Source: a virus. Taken from it: a stretch of DNA of 64,000 nt. Positions 20,158 to 27,886 of the stretch are shown one piece after another. The stretch spans positions 64,001 to 128,000 of IMG/VR virus record IMGVR_UViG_3300047994_000087. One strand, 5' to 3'. Position 1 is the stretch's first letter, and every line of letters begins with the position of its first letter. The translations under genes and the position numbers were made by a program. The notes beneath the pieces were generated by a model. It was given only the letters and a program-made list of their open reading frames with translations, was not told where the DNA came from and did no database searches.

Positions 20158-20954
20158 TTCTTCATTCCTTCCTCCAGCGTCACATAGCCATGCTTGATCG
20201 CGATTAGTCCTGTGGACATAAGCGGAAGGAAAGCAGACCTTATCTCAAACTCCATCAGCTCAGGATGAGCATCGTGCATTCTCCGCACCAACGTGTCCAT
20301 CTTGAACACTCCAAAAGGAGTGAGCATTTCCAATATTTCTTGTTGAAGGCTCATCTCATTTTCTCCAACACTTTCTATCTCCAGGGTCATTGAAATCAGC
20401 AGCCATAGGCTCTTTATCCCACAAGTCTACAAGCTCTTTTACTACAGGGAGGGCTTCCGCTTCGTAATCAACCATGGCTTCGATACTCATCTTGATCGCC
20501 CTCCGCAGCTTCCTGCTGGTCTTGGCCTGCACCCACTTATTGGAAAACTTCTTTCCACACACGCCAATGTGTTTTTCATTGTAGTTTTTATGAGAGCGAC
20601 TCACTGCTCGCACAGCCTCCAATCAATCTCATCTTCAAATTTCAGGGCTACTTTGTAAGCGACACCCCCATACAGACAGCTACAATCATTAGACTCTGAG
20701 TCATTATCATATTGATCATCAGTGCTACCGCCATTCTCGTAGAAGAATTGCCTGCGATTACAATCACACGAAGCGCTGCCTTCTTCCCACCAAAATAGGG
20801 TGGTGCCCTTTGTCACGCCTGGATAATCCATGTTGTGATCATACTCAACCTGAGCACCGTCAGCAGTTCTTGTAATTCTTACTTGGTATTTCATAAAACC
20901 GCTCCAGCAGTCAACATCTTTAGACTACTGGAGTTTTCATACGCATCTTGTAAA

Positions 20955-21029
20955 TGGTTCCACTAGACTGGATCGAACAGTCATCAGACCCTTATGAGAG
21001 GTCGGCCTTAACCATTAGGCGATAGTGGG
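20955..21029 (-). tRNA. tRNA-Met/Ile2(CAT)
   Basis: Anticodon loop CTCATAA; C1xA72 mismatch; CCA. Confidence 0.88.
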
Positions 21030-21036
21030 ATAAAAA

Positions 21037-21111
21037 CTGCGAGAGAGGGCCACGATCCCCCAACCTTCTCCTTAACAGGGAGTTGCTGCCACCTACTTGA
21101 GCTATCTCGCA
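21037..21111 (-). tRNA. tRNA-Asn(GTT)
   Basis: Anticodon loop CTGTTAA; no CCA. Confidence 0.85.
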
Positions 21112-21118
21112 ATATAAA

Positions 21119-21189
21119 TGCTCCATGTTGGTACTGCCCCAACAAATCTTCCTTGTAAGAGAAGCGTGATACTTTTTCACCAACAGAGC
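21119..21189 (-). tRNA. tRNA-Val(TAC)
   Basis: Anticodon loop CTTACAA; no CCA. Confidence 0.85.
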
Positions 21190-21192
21190 GAA

Positions 21193-21264
21193 TCGGCTGC
21201 ATACGAGTTGCACGTATACCAAACTTCTTAAGAGGAAGGTGTCCTGCTATTAGACGAGCAACCG
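21193..21264 (-). tRNA. tRNA-Lys(CTT)
   Basis: Anticodon loop CTCTTAA; no CCA. Confidence 0.85.
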
Positions 21265-21267
21265 AAA

Positions 21268-21342
21268 TGGCCCCCACACTTGAAGTCGAATCAAGACCCT
21301 TTCCTTCGTAGGGAAAGATGCTATCCATTACACTATGCGGGT
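21268..21342 (-). tRNA. tRNA-Arg(ACG)
   Basis: Anticodon loop CTACGAA; CCA. Confidence 0.9.
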
Positions 21343-21343
21343 A

Positions 21344-21419
21344 TGGCCTTCCTGGAGAGATTTGCACTCCCGTAAGCCCGCTTAGAAGGCGGGTGCCCAA
21401 TCTACTAGACCACAGGAAC
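21344..21419 (-). tRNA. tRNA-Arg(TCT)
   Basis: Anticodon loop CTTCTAA; CCA. Confidence 0.88.
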
Positions 21420-21420
21420 A

Positions 21421-21495
21421 TGGTGGGTTGTGATGGTTCTGCCCCATCATCAAACTGCTTAAAAGGCAGGTGTCTTGCTGTTAGACCAACAACCC
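21421..21495 (-). tRNA. tRNA-Lys(TTT)
   Basis: Anticodon loop CTTTTAA; CCA. Confidence 0.88.
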
Positions 21496-21516
21496 AAATA
21501 GTTTTTAAATTTTGAA

Positions 21517-21590
21517 TGGTAGGGTGCACGGGGATCGAACCCGTTTTACCTAGTTGAAAGCTAGGGTTCCGACCAATAGAAGAGCACCCC
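21517..21590 (-). tRNA. tRNA-Glu(TTC)
   Basis: Anticodon loop CTTTCAA; CCA. Confidence 0.9.
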
Positions 21591-21591
21591 A

Positions 21592-21666
21592 TGGAGCCGA
21601 TGGACTGGTACTGCCCCGTCGCTTCCACATTACAAGTGTGGTTTGCTACTTTTACAACACAACGGC
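21592..21666 (-). tRNA. tRNA-Thr(TGT)
   Basis: Anticodon loop CTTGTAA; CCA. Confidence 0.85.
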
Positions 21667-21672
21667 AAAAAA

Positions 21673-21747
21673 TGGTGGAATGTCCGAGCTTTGCTCTCGG
21701 CTCTACTGATTGCAAGTCAGTGGTTTTACTGAATAAACTAACACCCC
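21673..21747 (-). tRNA. tRNA-Ala(TGC)
   Basis: Anticodon loop CTTGCAA; G3-U70; CCA. Confidence 0.9.
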
Positions 21748-21950
21748 AAGTATCAGGCGCTAGCTCGTGCGTTCTTAGTAGAGGCGCTCTTTGTAGTTCG
21801 CTCTCGTGTCGTGTTTGTAGTTGTTGTAGAAATAGCATGAGTAGTAGGTTCCAGAATAGGTGTGCAAACGTTAGCGACAGGCATTACCCGTCTGCTATTT
21901 CGTTTGACATTTATCCTTACAGTACTCACGTGTTTAGGTCCTTGAATAAA

Positions 21951-22025
21951 TGGAGCGGTCTGTGGATCTTGAAACCACATTCTCTGCTTGGAAGGCAGTA
22001 GTCTTAGCCTTTGGACGAAGACCGC
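21951..22025 (-). tRNA. tRNA-Gly(TCC)
   Basis: Anticodon loop CTTCCAA; U73; CCA. Confidence 0.9.
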
Positions 22026-22108
22026 ATGGCGCCGATTTCTCACGTCCCGGCACAGGCGTTAAGCTGGTTTGTTTATCTCCGTCCTAGGACCAGCGAGGAC
22101 GCTTTACT

Positions 22109-22182
22109 TGGGAACAGGGGTGAGATTTGCACTCACGTACTGGGGGTATGAACCCCATAAGCGACTAATGCTTGACCCTGCG
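22109..22182 (-). tRNA. tRNA-fMet(CAT), initiator-like
   Basis: Anticodon stem with consecutive G-C pairs (TGGGG/CCCCA); loop TTCATAC; 1x72 mismatch; CCA. Confidence 0.82.
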
Positions 22183-22293
22183 ATATAAAGACATTGGTGC
22201 GCTTTGTGTAGTGGCGTATGTCTTCTTGTTCTTACTAGTTAAGCACATTCTTTAACCGGTAGCAAATTTTTTCAAAATTACTCGTCTACTCTC

Positions 22294-22331
22294 AAAACAA
22301 AAACGCTCCTGAAGGACTACTTCAAGAGCGT
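22294..22331 (-). terminator. rho-independent terminator
   Basis: ACGCTCTTGAAG/CTTCAGGAGCGT stem followed by TTTTGTTTT on the - strand. Confidence 0.7.
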
Positions 22332-22367
22332 AAATGTGATTACTAGATGTACCTAGATTTAATCCGA

Positions 22368-22859
22368 TTACTCAACTTTCCAATCAGACACGCCATCACT
22401 CAGGAAGGTTTTTGTAGTGGTGGTTGCAATAGTGGTTGAACCAGCCGCACCCCCAGCTACCGTATCTGTTCCATTGGCAACTGCCATAGTTACAGTACTA
22501 GACCCTGAATTGTGGATATGTATTTCCGCACCCACACCAGCAGTTGCAGCGGATGGCAAAGTAGCCGTACTAGCTGAACTTGAGGTTTCATAGAACGATT
22601 GACCAGCTTTAGCTGTAAATGATCCAGCCTCACTTGTTACAGCTGTAAAACGACCCTGAAAACCAAGATTACCTTGAACAAGAGTCAACGGAGCTGCTAC
22701 TTGTACAGGGAAGATACTTCCATTAGGAGCAGTAGTTCCAATAAGAACTTGAACTCCGCCATCATACTGAGCCTTAACGATTCCAGCGCCAACCAAAGAC
22801 AACACTGCTGCGGCCACGACCGCGATTACATTCTTTCTTCCTAGCTTCATTCTATTCAC
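22368..22859 (-). CDS. exported or virion beta-rich protein
   Basis: N-terminal hydrophobic signal ending VKA; T/S/G-rich body with TLPSA..G and SDG..W motifs seen in fibre-associated domains. Confidence 0.55.
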   Translation of the reverse strand: MNRMKLGRKNVIAVVAAAVLSLVGAGIVKAQYDGGVQVLIGTTAPNGSIFPVQVAAPLTLVQGNLGFQGRFTAVTSEAGSFTAKAGQSFYETSSSASTATLPSAATAGVGAEIHIHNSGSSTVTMAVANGTDTVAGGAAGSTTIATTTTKTFLSDGVSDWKVE

Positions 22860-22894
22860 CCCAAATAACTAACTACGCTCTGAACTGTTCAATA

Positions 22895-22976
22895 TGGTGG
22901 AAATGCAGGGTTCCGCCCCCTGGTCCAACGAGTTCCACAGTGGGTTTTACTCATTGTCGACTGCTATTACATCCCC
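22895..22976 (-). ncRNA. mini-tmRNA (tRNA-like domain only)
   Basis: GGGGATGTAATAGCAGTCGAC 5' end and GGAC-CAGGG..CCCTG-CATTTCCACCA 3' end; G3-U70; no D-stem; only 29 nt between the two halves. Confidence 0.75.
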
Positions 22977-23343
22977 ATTGTGGCTCTTGCTTACGGGAGC
23001 CAATCGTTATGCTGCCTTAGAGTTTCAGTCATAGGAGTTGCAGCCTCCCAGCTTCAATGATTGCAGGTGTGTTAGCTACTCACTCTGACGGCTTCCTGCC
23101 AGCCGCTTATCCTGGCTTGAGTTACCCCAAAGGGATTCAGAGGCGGTGATAAGACTTACCAGACCCTGGAGATCTTTCATTCATAGGACTGCATCCAGGG
23201 TATCTGATGTATTTGTATCACCCATGTTTGATGCTTCTTTATTTTGCTCTGATCAACATCAAGACTGTCTATGTTTTCTAAAAGCACACACCATCTTCTG
23301 TGATGTGCATATAGTTAATTATGCGTGCGACAATTAATAGACC

Positions 23344-23556
23344 CTACTTTTGCCCTGCTTTGCTCCGAATCAAACTATCCAGAGTACTTGCCGCATGGTC
23401 TATGTACACAGCAACCTTATCCAACCCATCAGCAGCATCCTTGTCGTCCTGGTAGGTAAACGAGTACCCTTTTGCAATATCCCTTGCAGCCTCCAATCGT
23501 CTTTGCAGGGTGAGCAAATATTCGTAGCGCTCCAATAAATCTTTTGCCCTACTCAT
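23344..23556 (-). CDS. MSRA-leader protein
   Basis: MSRAKDLLE leader. Confidence 0.7.
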   Translation of the reverse strand: MSRAKDLLERYEYLLTLQRRLEAARDIAKGYSFTYQDDKDAADGLDKVAVYIDHAASTLDSLIRSKAGQK

Positions 23557-23921
23557 ATCCCTAGCCTGTGTCTAATTATGCTCTCGTAGTCATATCCATC
23601 ACTGCCTACTTGCGCTTTGACTTCCCATATCCCTGCATTGTCTTTGTTGATAAAGAAGCAAGCCCAATAGTTGGGATCTAATCCCTCACATTCCATGAAT
23701 CCGTCGTGAGTCATTTTGTAAGATTCCCAAATGTACATAGTGCTCTTGTCAGTACAAGGACGTTCCAGTAAACAGCGGAGTCTGTCATACCCATGATCAA
23801 GTCGCACTTCTGTAAGAGCGCGATCTATAGAACGAGCATTGACCGACACACGAATCTTCTCCGCTGTCCCCACGTCCAACATCTCTACTGATTCTAGGAT
23901 GTGTTTTACTCTACTCATCAT
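23553..23921 (-). CDS. MSRA-leader protein
   Basis: MSRVKHILE; shares MY.W.SY..TH motif with 23911-24504. Confidence 0.7.
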   Translation of the reverse strand: MMSRVKHILESVEMLDVGTAEKIRVSVNARSIDRALTEVRLDHGYDRLRCLLERPCTDKSTMYIWESYKMTHDGFMECEGLDPNYWACFFINKDNAGIWEVKAQVGSDGYDYESIIRHRLGI

Positions 23922-24504
23922 TCAGGAACTCCTGCACTTCTTCTGGCTGATCATATGGCCGACCATCCACTACATAACTAGACATCTTCCAACCACTCTT
24001 AGCAGACGGCTCTCTGTCTAACTCTCCACGCTTACTAAAGGCATATGACACTCCCAGAGCATTGGCTGCAAATTCATGGGTACGGTCATAGGAAGCCCAG
24101 AAGTACATATCTCCGTCTTCTGACACCAGGAAGCGAACGTGGTTGCCGTTCAAACCGCGCTCGCCCAATCGCAACTCCTTCTCCATGCGTTTGACGTTAC
24201 GAGGATTAACAGACACTCTTGTTCCGTCTGCTATCTCAACACTCTCCATCGCCCTAGCCATCATGTAGGTCTTCTGCTCCAGGTCCTTTTGAGACATGGG
24301 CAAGGTCGGCTTTCCGGCCCACTTGTTTATCGCTGCACGGATCTCAGGTGTGACGTTGTCGGTAGTGGCCCAAACAAACTGTCCATCACTGAATGCCATA
24401 ACCACATGCCAGCAGTACAGGAGTTTGCAGTTGCCGTACACCACTTCCGAAGTATGTGAGTCCAGGTCACGGACCAGCTCTAGAAGTCTTCCAGCTCTAC
24501 TCAT
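23911..24504 (-). CDS. MSRA-leader protein
   Basis: MSRAGRLLE; VRFL...DMYFWASYDRTH. Confidence 0.7.
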   Translation of the reverse strand: MSRAGRLLELVRDLDSHTSEVVYGNCKLLYCWHVVMAFSDGQFVWATTDNVTPEIRAAINKWAGKPTLPMSQKDLEQKTYMMARAMESVEIADGTRVSVNPRNVKRMEKELRLGERGLNGNHVRFLVSEDGDMYFWASYDRTHEFAANALGVSYAFSKRGELDREPSAKSGWKMSSYVVDGRPYDQPEEVQEFLNDE

Positions 24505-25196
24505 TTATACTAAGCGCCTTCCCTACATGATAGTCAATCTCTTCCTGACTTATCATAATCAGGCCTACCTTTTGAGGACCAAATAGGTGGTGTACATTGA
24601 AAGTACACGTCTGCGCCACAATCTCAGTGAACAATACTGGCCACAATTCTTCTGGAGTATTCATGCACTGCCCTTGGTAGGCAAGCACCTCACCCCTCAG
24701 GCTAAAAGGAGCGTGTCCTGTTGTGTGTCCCAGCAGGTCGTGTGCAATGCGAAAAGCAACGTTTGTATCAACTGACCAGACAGGGTGGATACTGTGCAGA
24801 CTGGTCACTTTAAACACACCCTGTGCAATGTCCGCAAACATCTCGTCTGAGGACTTGTAGGGGTCGACATCGTCGTACCGGATAATCTGATAGTCCTTTG
24901 AAAGCATGGCGGCCTGCTCGACACAACAGCGTCCTAACTTCTCCCAACTTCTCCCAAAGCTCAGAGGCGGAAGAGTCGTATGTTGGCATAGCATCATAAG
25001 CAGCACAGATGTCAGCCGCTTCCTTACTATAGAAATCTATGCCTGTAGGCGATATGGCATACTCGCGCACAATGGCACCGCCACGAGGAGCATTGCCAGT
25101 AAGGAATATGGCGTTGTTTGCCTTTACTATCTCCTCAGGAGACTTACACTGGATGCGCTCTTCTTTCATAGCTAATAATCTCTTTGCTCTACTCAT
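24497..25196 (-). pseudogene. MSRA-leader protein with HDxxGH (zincin-like) domain, frameshifted by a 10-bp duplication
   Basis: ORFs 24810-25196 and 24497-25006 both read WEKLG; tandem AACTTCTCCC x2 at 24936-24955. Confidence 0.8.
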
Positions 25197-25645
25197 ATCT
25201 GAACCACCTTAGCCTTCCCCGATCCGGTCAGCACTAGGGCCAGATTGAGTCTAGTATTCCCGGACATTATTGTGCGTCGTCCGTTCTTCTCAAGCACGAT
25301 GGGCAGCTTCATGGGAGAGCCATTATGAATGCCGTCTATGATGTCCTGGAAGGTTTTATCGTTCCGATACTGTGGCCAGCTTCTGTAGCCCTTGACCATG
25401 TCTAAAAGATCCTCGACCGGCATCATTGTGGCACCGCTTATGCCTGACGTGTTTGACAGAGAAATTGTCTGTCCTGCTCTGTAGGCGTCCTCAAAGTCTT
25501 CGAAGGTCGGCCAGATGTCTCCAGCCCAATGCCTTACGTGGTACTGGTACTCGACGTTATATTCCTGTTGCAAGTCCGCAGTGGAATTATCCACCCAGTT
25601 TATGGATTCGTTGATTGAAGATAGTATGTCTCGTGCTCTGGTCAT
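25193..25645 (-). CDS. ParB/sulfiredoxin-like domain protein with MTRA leader
   Basis: MTRARDILSSINE; LPIVL...IMSGNTRL. Confidence 0.65.
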   Translation of the reverse strand: MTRARDILSSINESINWVDNSTADLQQEYNVEYQYHVRHWAGDIWPTFEDFEDAYRAGQTISLSNTSGISGATMMPVEDLLDMVKGYRSWPQYRNDKTFQDIIDGIHNGSPMKLPIVLEKNGRRTIMSGNTRLNLALVLTGSGKAKVVQI

Positions 25646-26256
25646 AGCATCTTCCTGTAGTGATCTGTCGATAGACTGTCGGAGAACTCCCACTCAATCT
25701 CATCGTCCTTCATTGCACGTGAAGTCTCCAGGTTAGAGAAAGCAGCGCCTTCCATAGAGTTGTAGACATAAATGGGAATTCCCTTTTGCTTTGCCAACTC
25801 CCAGTCTTTCTTCATACGGTTCATGTTTACCGAACCACGTTGCGACTTACCCAACCACATATGAATCGCCTTTATGTAACTACAAGCATCAGGGATAATC
25901 CTGTCTTTGCTGAAGACGCGATCTTCCATCTCAACTGTGTCGCCGGAACCACGTGAGTAGTCCTTGGCCTGGTGGAAGGCTTGGAAATCCACAGCGTGCC
26001 CTGAGTATCTATTGTTGAACTTGTCCCCATCAAGCACCAGTAGGACTTCCCTGTAGTTGTAGTCTCTGTAGGCATTACGCACACTACGAGACACGCAGAA
26101 TGAATACGGCTTGTCTGGTGGATTCATAGCCCTGTCCACGTCGTAACCGCCAAGCATAAACTCGTTGTTCTCCAGAATACCCCCTAGAGCTGAGGCGCTA
26201 GTGCCGTGGAACACAACAGATGATATGCGTTCTAGGATGTGTCTTGCGCGGCTCAA
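25642..26256 (-). CDS. ADP-ribosyltransferase-like protein with MSRA leader
   Basis: FHGTS, FCVSRS and EMED (H / S / ExE layout); paralog of 26592-27146. Confidence 0.55.
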   Translation of the reverse strand: MSRARHILERISSVVFHGTSASALGGILENNEFMLGGYDVDRAMNPPDKPYSFCVSRSVRNAYRDYNYREVLLVLDGDKFNNRYSGHAVDFQAFHQAKDYSRGSGDTVEMEDRVFSKDRIIPDACSYIKAIHMWLGKSQRGSVNMNRMKKDWELAKQKGIPIYVYNSMEGAAFSNLETSRAMKDDEIEWEFSDSLSTDHYRKML

Positions 26257-26591
26257 AATCCCATCTCCCTGCCATTCTGATATTTGTCTTGTTGCACTGG
26301 CCCCAGCACATCAAACTGCGTGGCAGTTGGATCAAATATCTGTCCACTCACTTCACACCAAGAGTGGTAGTGTCCGTCGTAATAACCTTCCATTCTCTCC
26401 ACAGGGAAGCCCGCTCCATATAGCATCTTCGCCCAGGTAGCGCTTTTAGCGGTGCAGTCTAAGTTCCACTCATCGGCAAAGATGTTGGTGAAACGATGTG
26501 ACATGATCCAGGCCTTCACCTCTGGGTTAAACCCAGGTGAGAACCAGAATGGTGGCTCCGCGCTCTCTAATAATCGTCCGGCGCGGCTCAT
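26253..26591 (-). CDS. transglutaminase-like (Cys-His-Asp) protein with MSRA leader
   Basis: DCTAKS, HSWC, IFDPTATQF. Confidence 0.6.
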   Translation of the reverse strand: MSRAGRLLESAEPPFWFSPGFNPEVKAWIMSHRFTNIFADEWNLDCTAKSATWAKMLYGAGFPVERMEGYYDGHYHSWCEVSGQIFDPTATQFDVLGPVQQDKYQNGREMGF

Positions 26592-27146
26592 CTATAAATC
26601 TCCATGGAAGTAGTCCATAAGCAGCTCTTCAGAAGCCGCAAAGCGCTTGTCCATATCTTTGAATTCGGCTTCATTGGTGTAGCCATAGAACGGTATGTTC
26701 AGATTATGACAAAGCACATAGATGTCATAGACCACTTCTCTTGCCTGGCTTCCATAGCCACTCAGTAAGGACACGTGTACTTCTCTAACGTAAGTACGTG
26801 CATTAGGTATTTCAGGCTTGTCGCTGAATATGCGATCTTCCATCTCTGAACGTCTGTACTTATCAGTGCCAGCCATCCAGTCGACAGCGTGCCCAGTGTA
26901 GCGATCATTGAACTTGTTCCCATCTAGAACTAGCACAGCTGTGCAAGCTCCATCTTGGAAGAACCCATTAGTTTTACTACGGGCAGCGCTCATGCAGTAT
27001 TCACGTGTTGTGTCAGGAAGGCCATCTACTCCAGTGTGCTTTAGATGAAACAAATTCTGCTGCAATATAGACAGCGCATTCTCTCGGCTTGTCGCATGGA
27101 AGAGAATGTCCGACACTCGTTCTAAGATGTGACGTGCTCTACTCAT
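26592..27146 (-). CDS. ADP-ribosyltransferase-like protein with MSRA leader
   Basis: FHATS, MSAARS, EMED. Confidence 0.55.
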   Translation of the reverse strand: MSRARHILERVSDILFHATSRENALSILQQNLFHLKHTGVDGLPDTTREYCMSAARSKTNGFFQDGACTAVLVLDGNKFNDRYTGHAVDWMAGTDKYRRSEMEDRIFSDKPEIPNARTYVREVHVSLLSGYGSQAREVVYDIYVLCHNLNIPFYGYTNEAEFKDMDKRFAASEELLMDYFHGDL

Positions 27147-27886
27147 TAGTTGCGCTCCCTCTGGACAAGCACCTTACGGTACTGAGAGAAGTTATTCTCA
27201 ACCCAGAAGACAACGTCCGCTAATCTGTCCTCTGTATGGAGCACTCTGTCAGTCCGCTTATCTTGGACTTCCCAGCCACTTCCATTCCACCAGATAGGGA
27301 CAAAATCTGTAGCAGTCCCTGCTACGAATACAGTTTGATATTCCTCGTCGCCATGGTGTCTGACAGTTACTCCAGAAGCACGGAACATCACAGCATCACG
27401 TCCATAATGATCTCCTTCTGCTGGACGTAAATTATCGTCAGCAAAAGCAAACACGTAAGCGCTCAAGGGGTCACGAATGAGCTTAGCACTGTTCTTGTAA
27501 TAGGTGGTCAGACCTAGCCGGTCGAAGTCCTCTAGGCCGTACTTGAATCCCTGAGCAATGATGTCGCTAACGTTGTTAGACTTGTGAACCATCCATGTGT
27601 TGTGTGTGATCTCATCGAAGTCCATGAACATGTAAGAAGGGTCATCCGGGCTGTCAAAGCGGTTGTTGTCAAACACCCACTTACCAAACTTGATACGTTC
27701 TTCTTTAGAGAGGTCATCAAATTCTTTGCCGTCCTCAATGCCCTTTTCCTGCGCGTAATTCTCATACTCATAGGAGTGTGAGTAGGAGATGTCGTCAGCC
27801 TTCTCATCATCCGTCATGGTGAGATAGTTCTTGAACCAAATCAACGGATTACTTATGTACTCTAAGATTTTCCCAGCCCTGGTCAT
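27146..27886 (-). CDS. MTRA-leader protein, possible ART-like fold
   Basis: MTRAGKILE; WMVH..., YVFAF, YG..AVMF, DEEYQTVF. Confidence 0.55.
   Translation of the reverse strand: MTRAGKILEYISNPLIWFKNYLTMTDDEKADDISYSHSYEYENYAQEKGIEDGKEFDDLSKEERIKFGKWVFDNNRFDSPDDPSYMFMDFDEITHNTWMVHKSNNVSDIIAQGFKYGLEDFDRLGLTTYYKNSAKLIRDPLSAYVFAFADDNLRPAEGDHYGRDAVMFRASGVTVRHHGDEEYQTVFVAGTATDFVPIWWNGSGWEVQDKRTDRVLHTEDRLADVVFWVENNFSQYRKVLVQRERN

Noticed and set aside
17200-22043. Long ORFs such as 17200-17604, 18240-18968 and 21008-21838
   Set aside because: They overlap clear tRNA cloverleafs and have no protein motifs.
22895-23340. Permuted two-piece tmRNA or RNase P RNA
   Set aside because: The tmRNA ends are in normal order and joined directly; no GAGGAAAGTCC-type RNase P core is visible.
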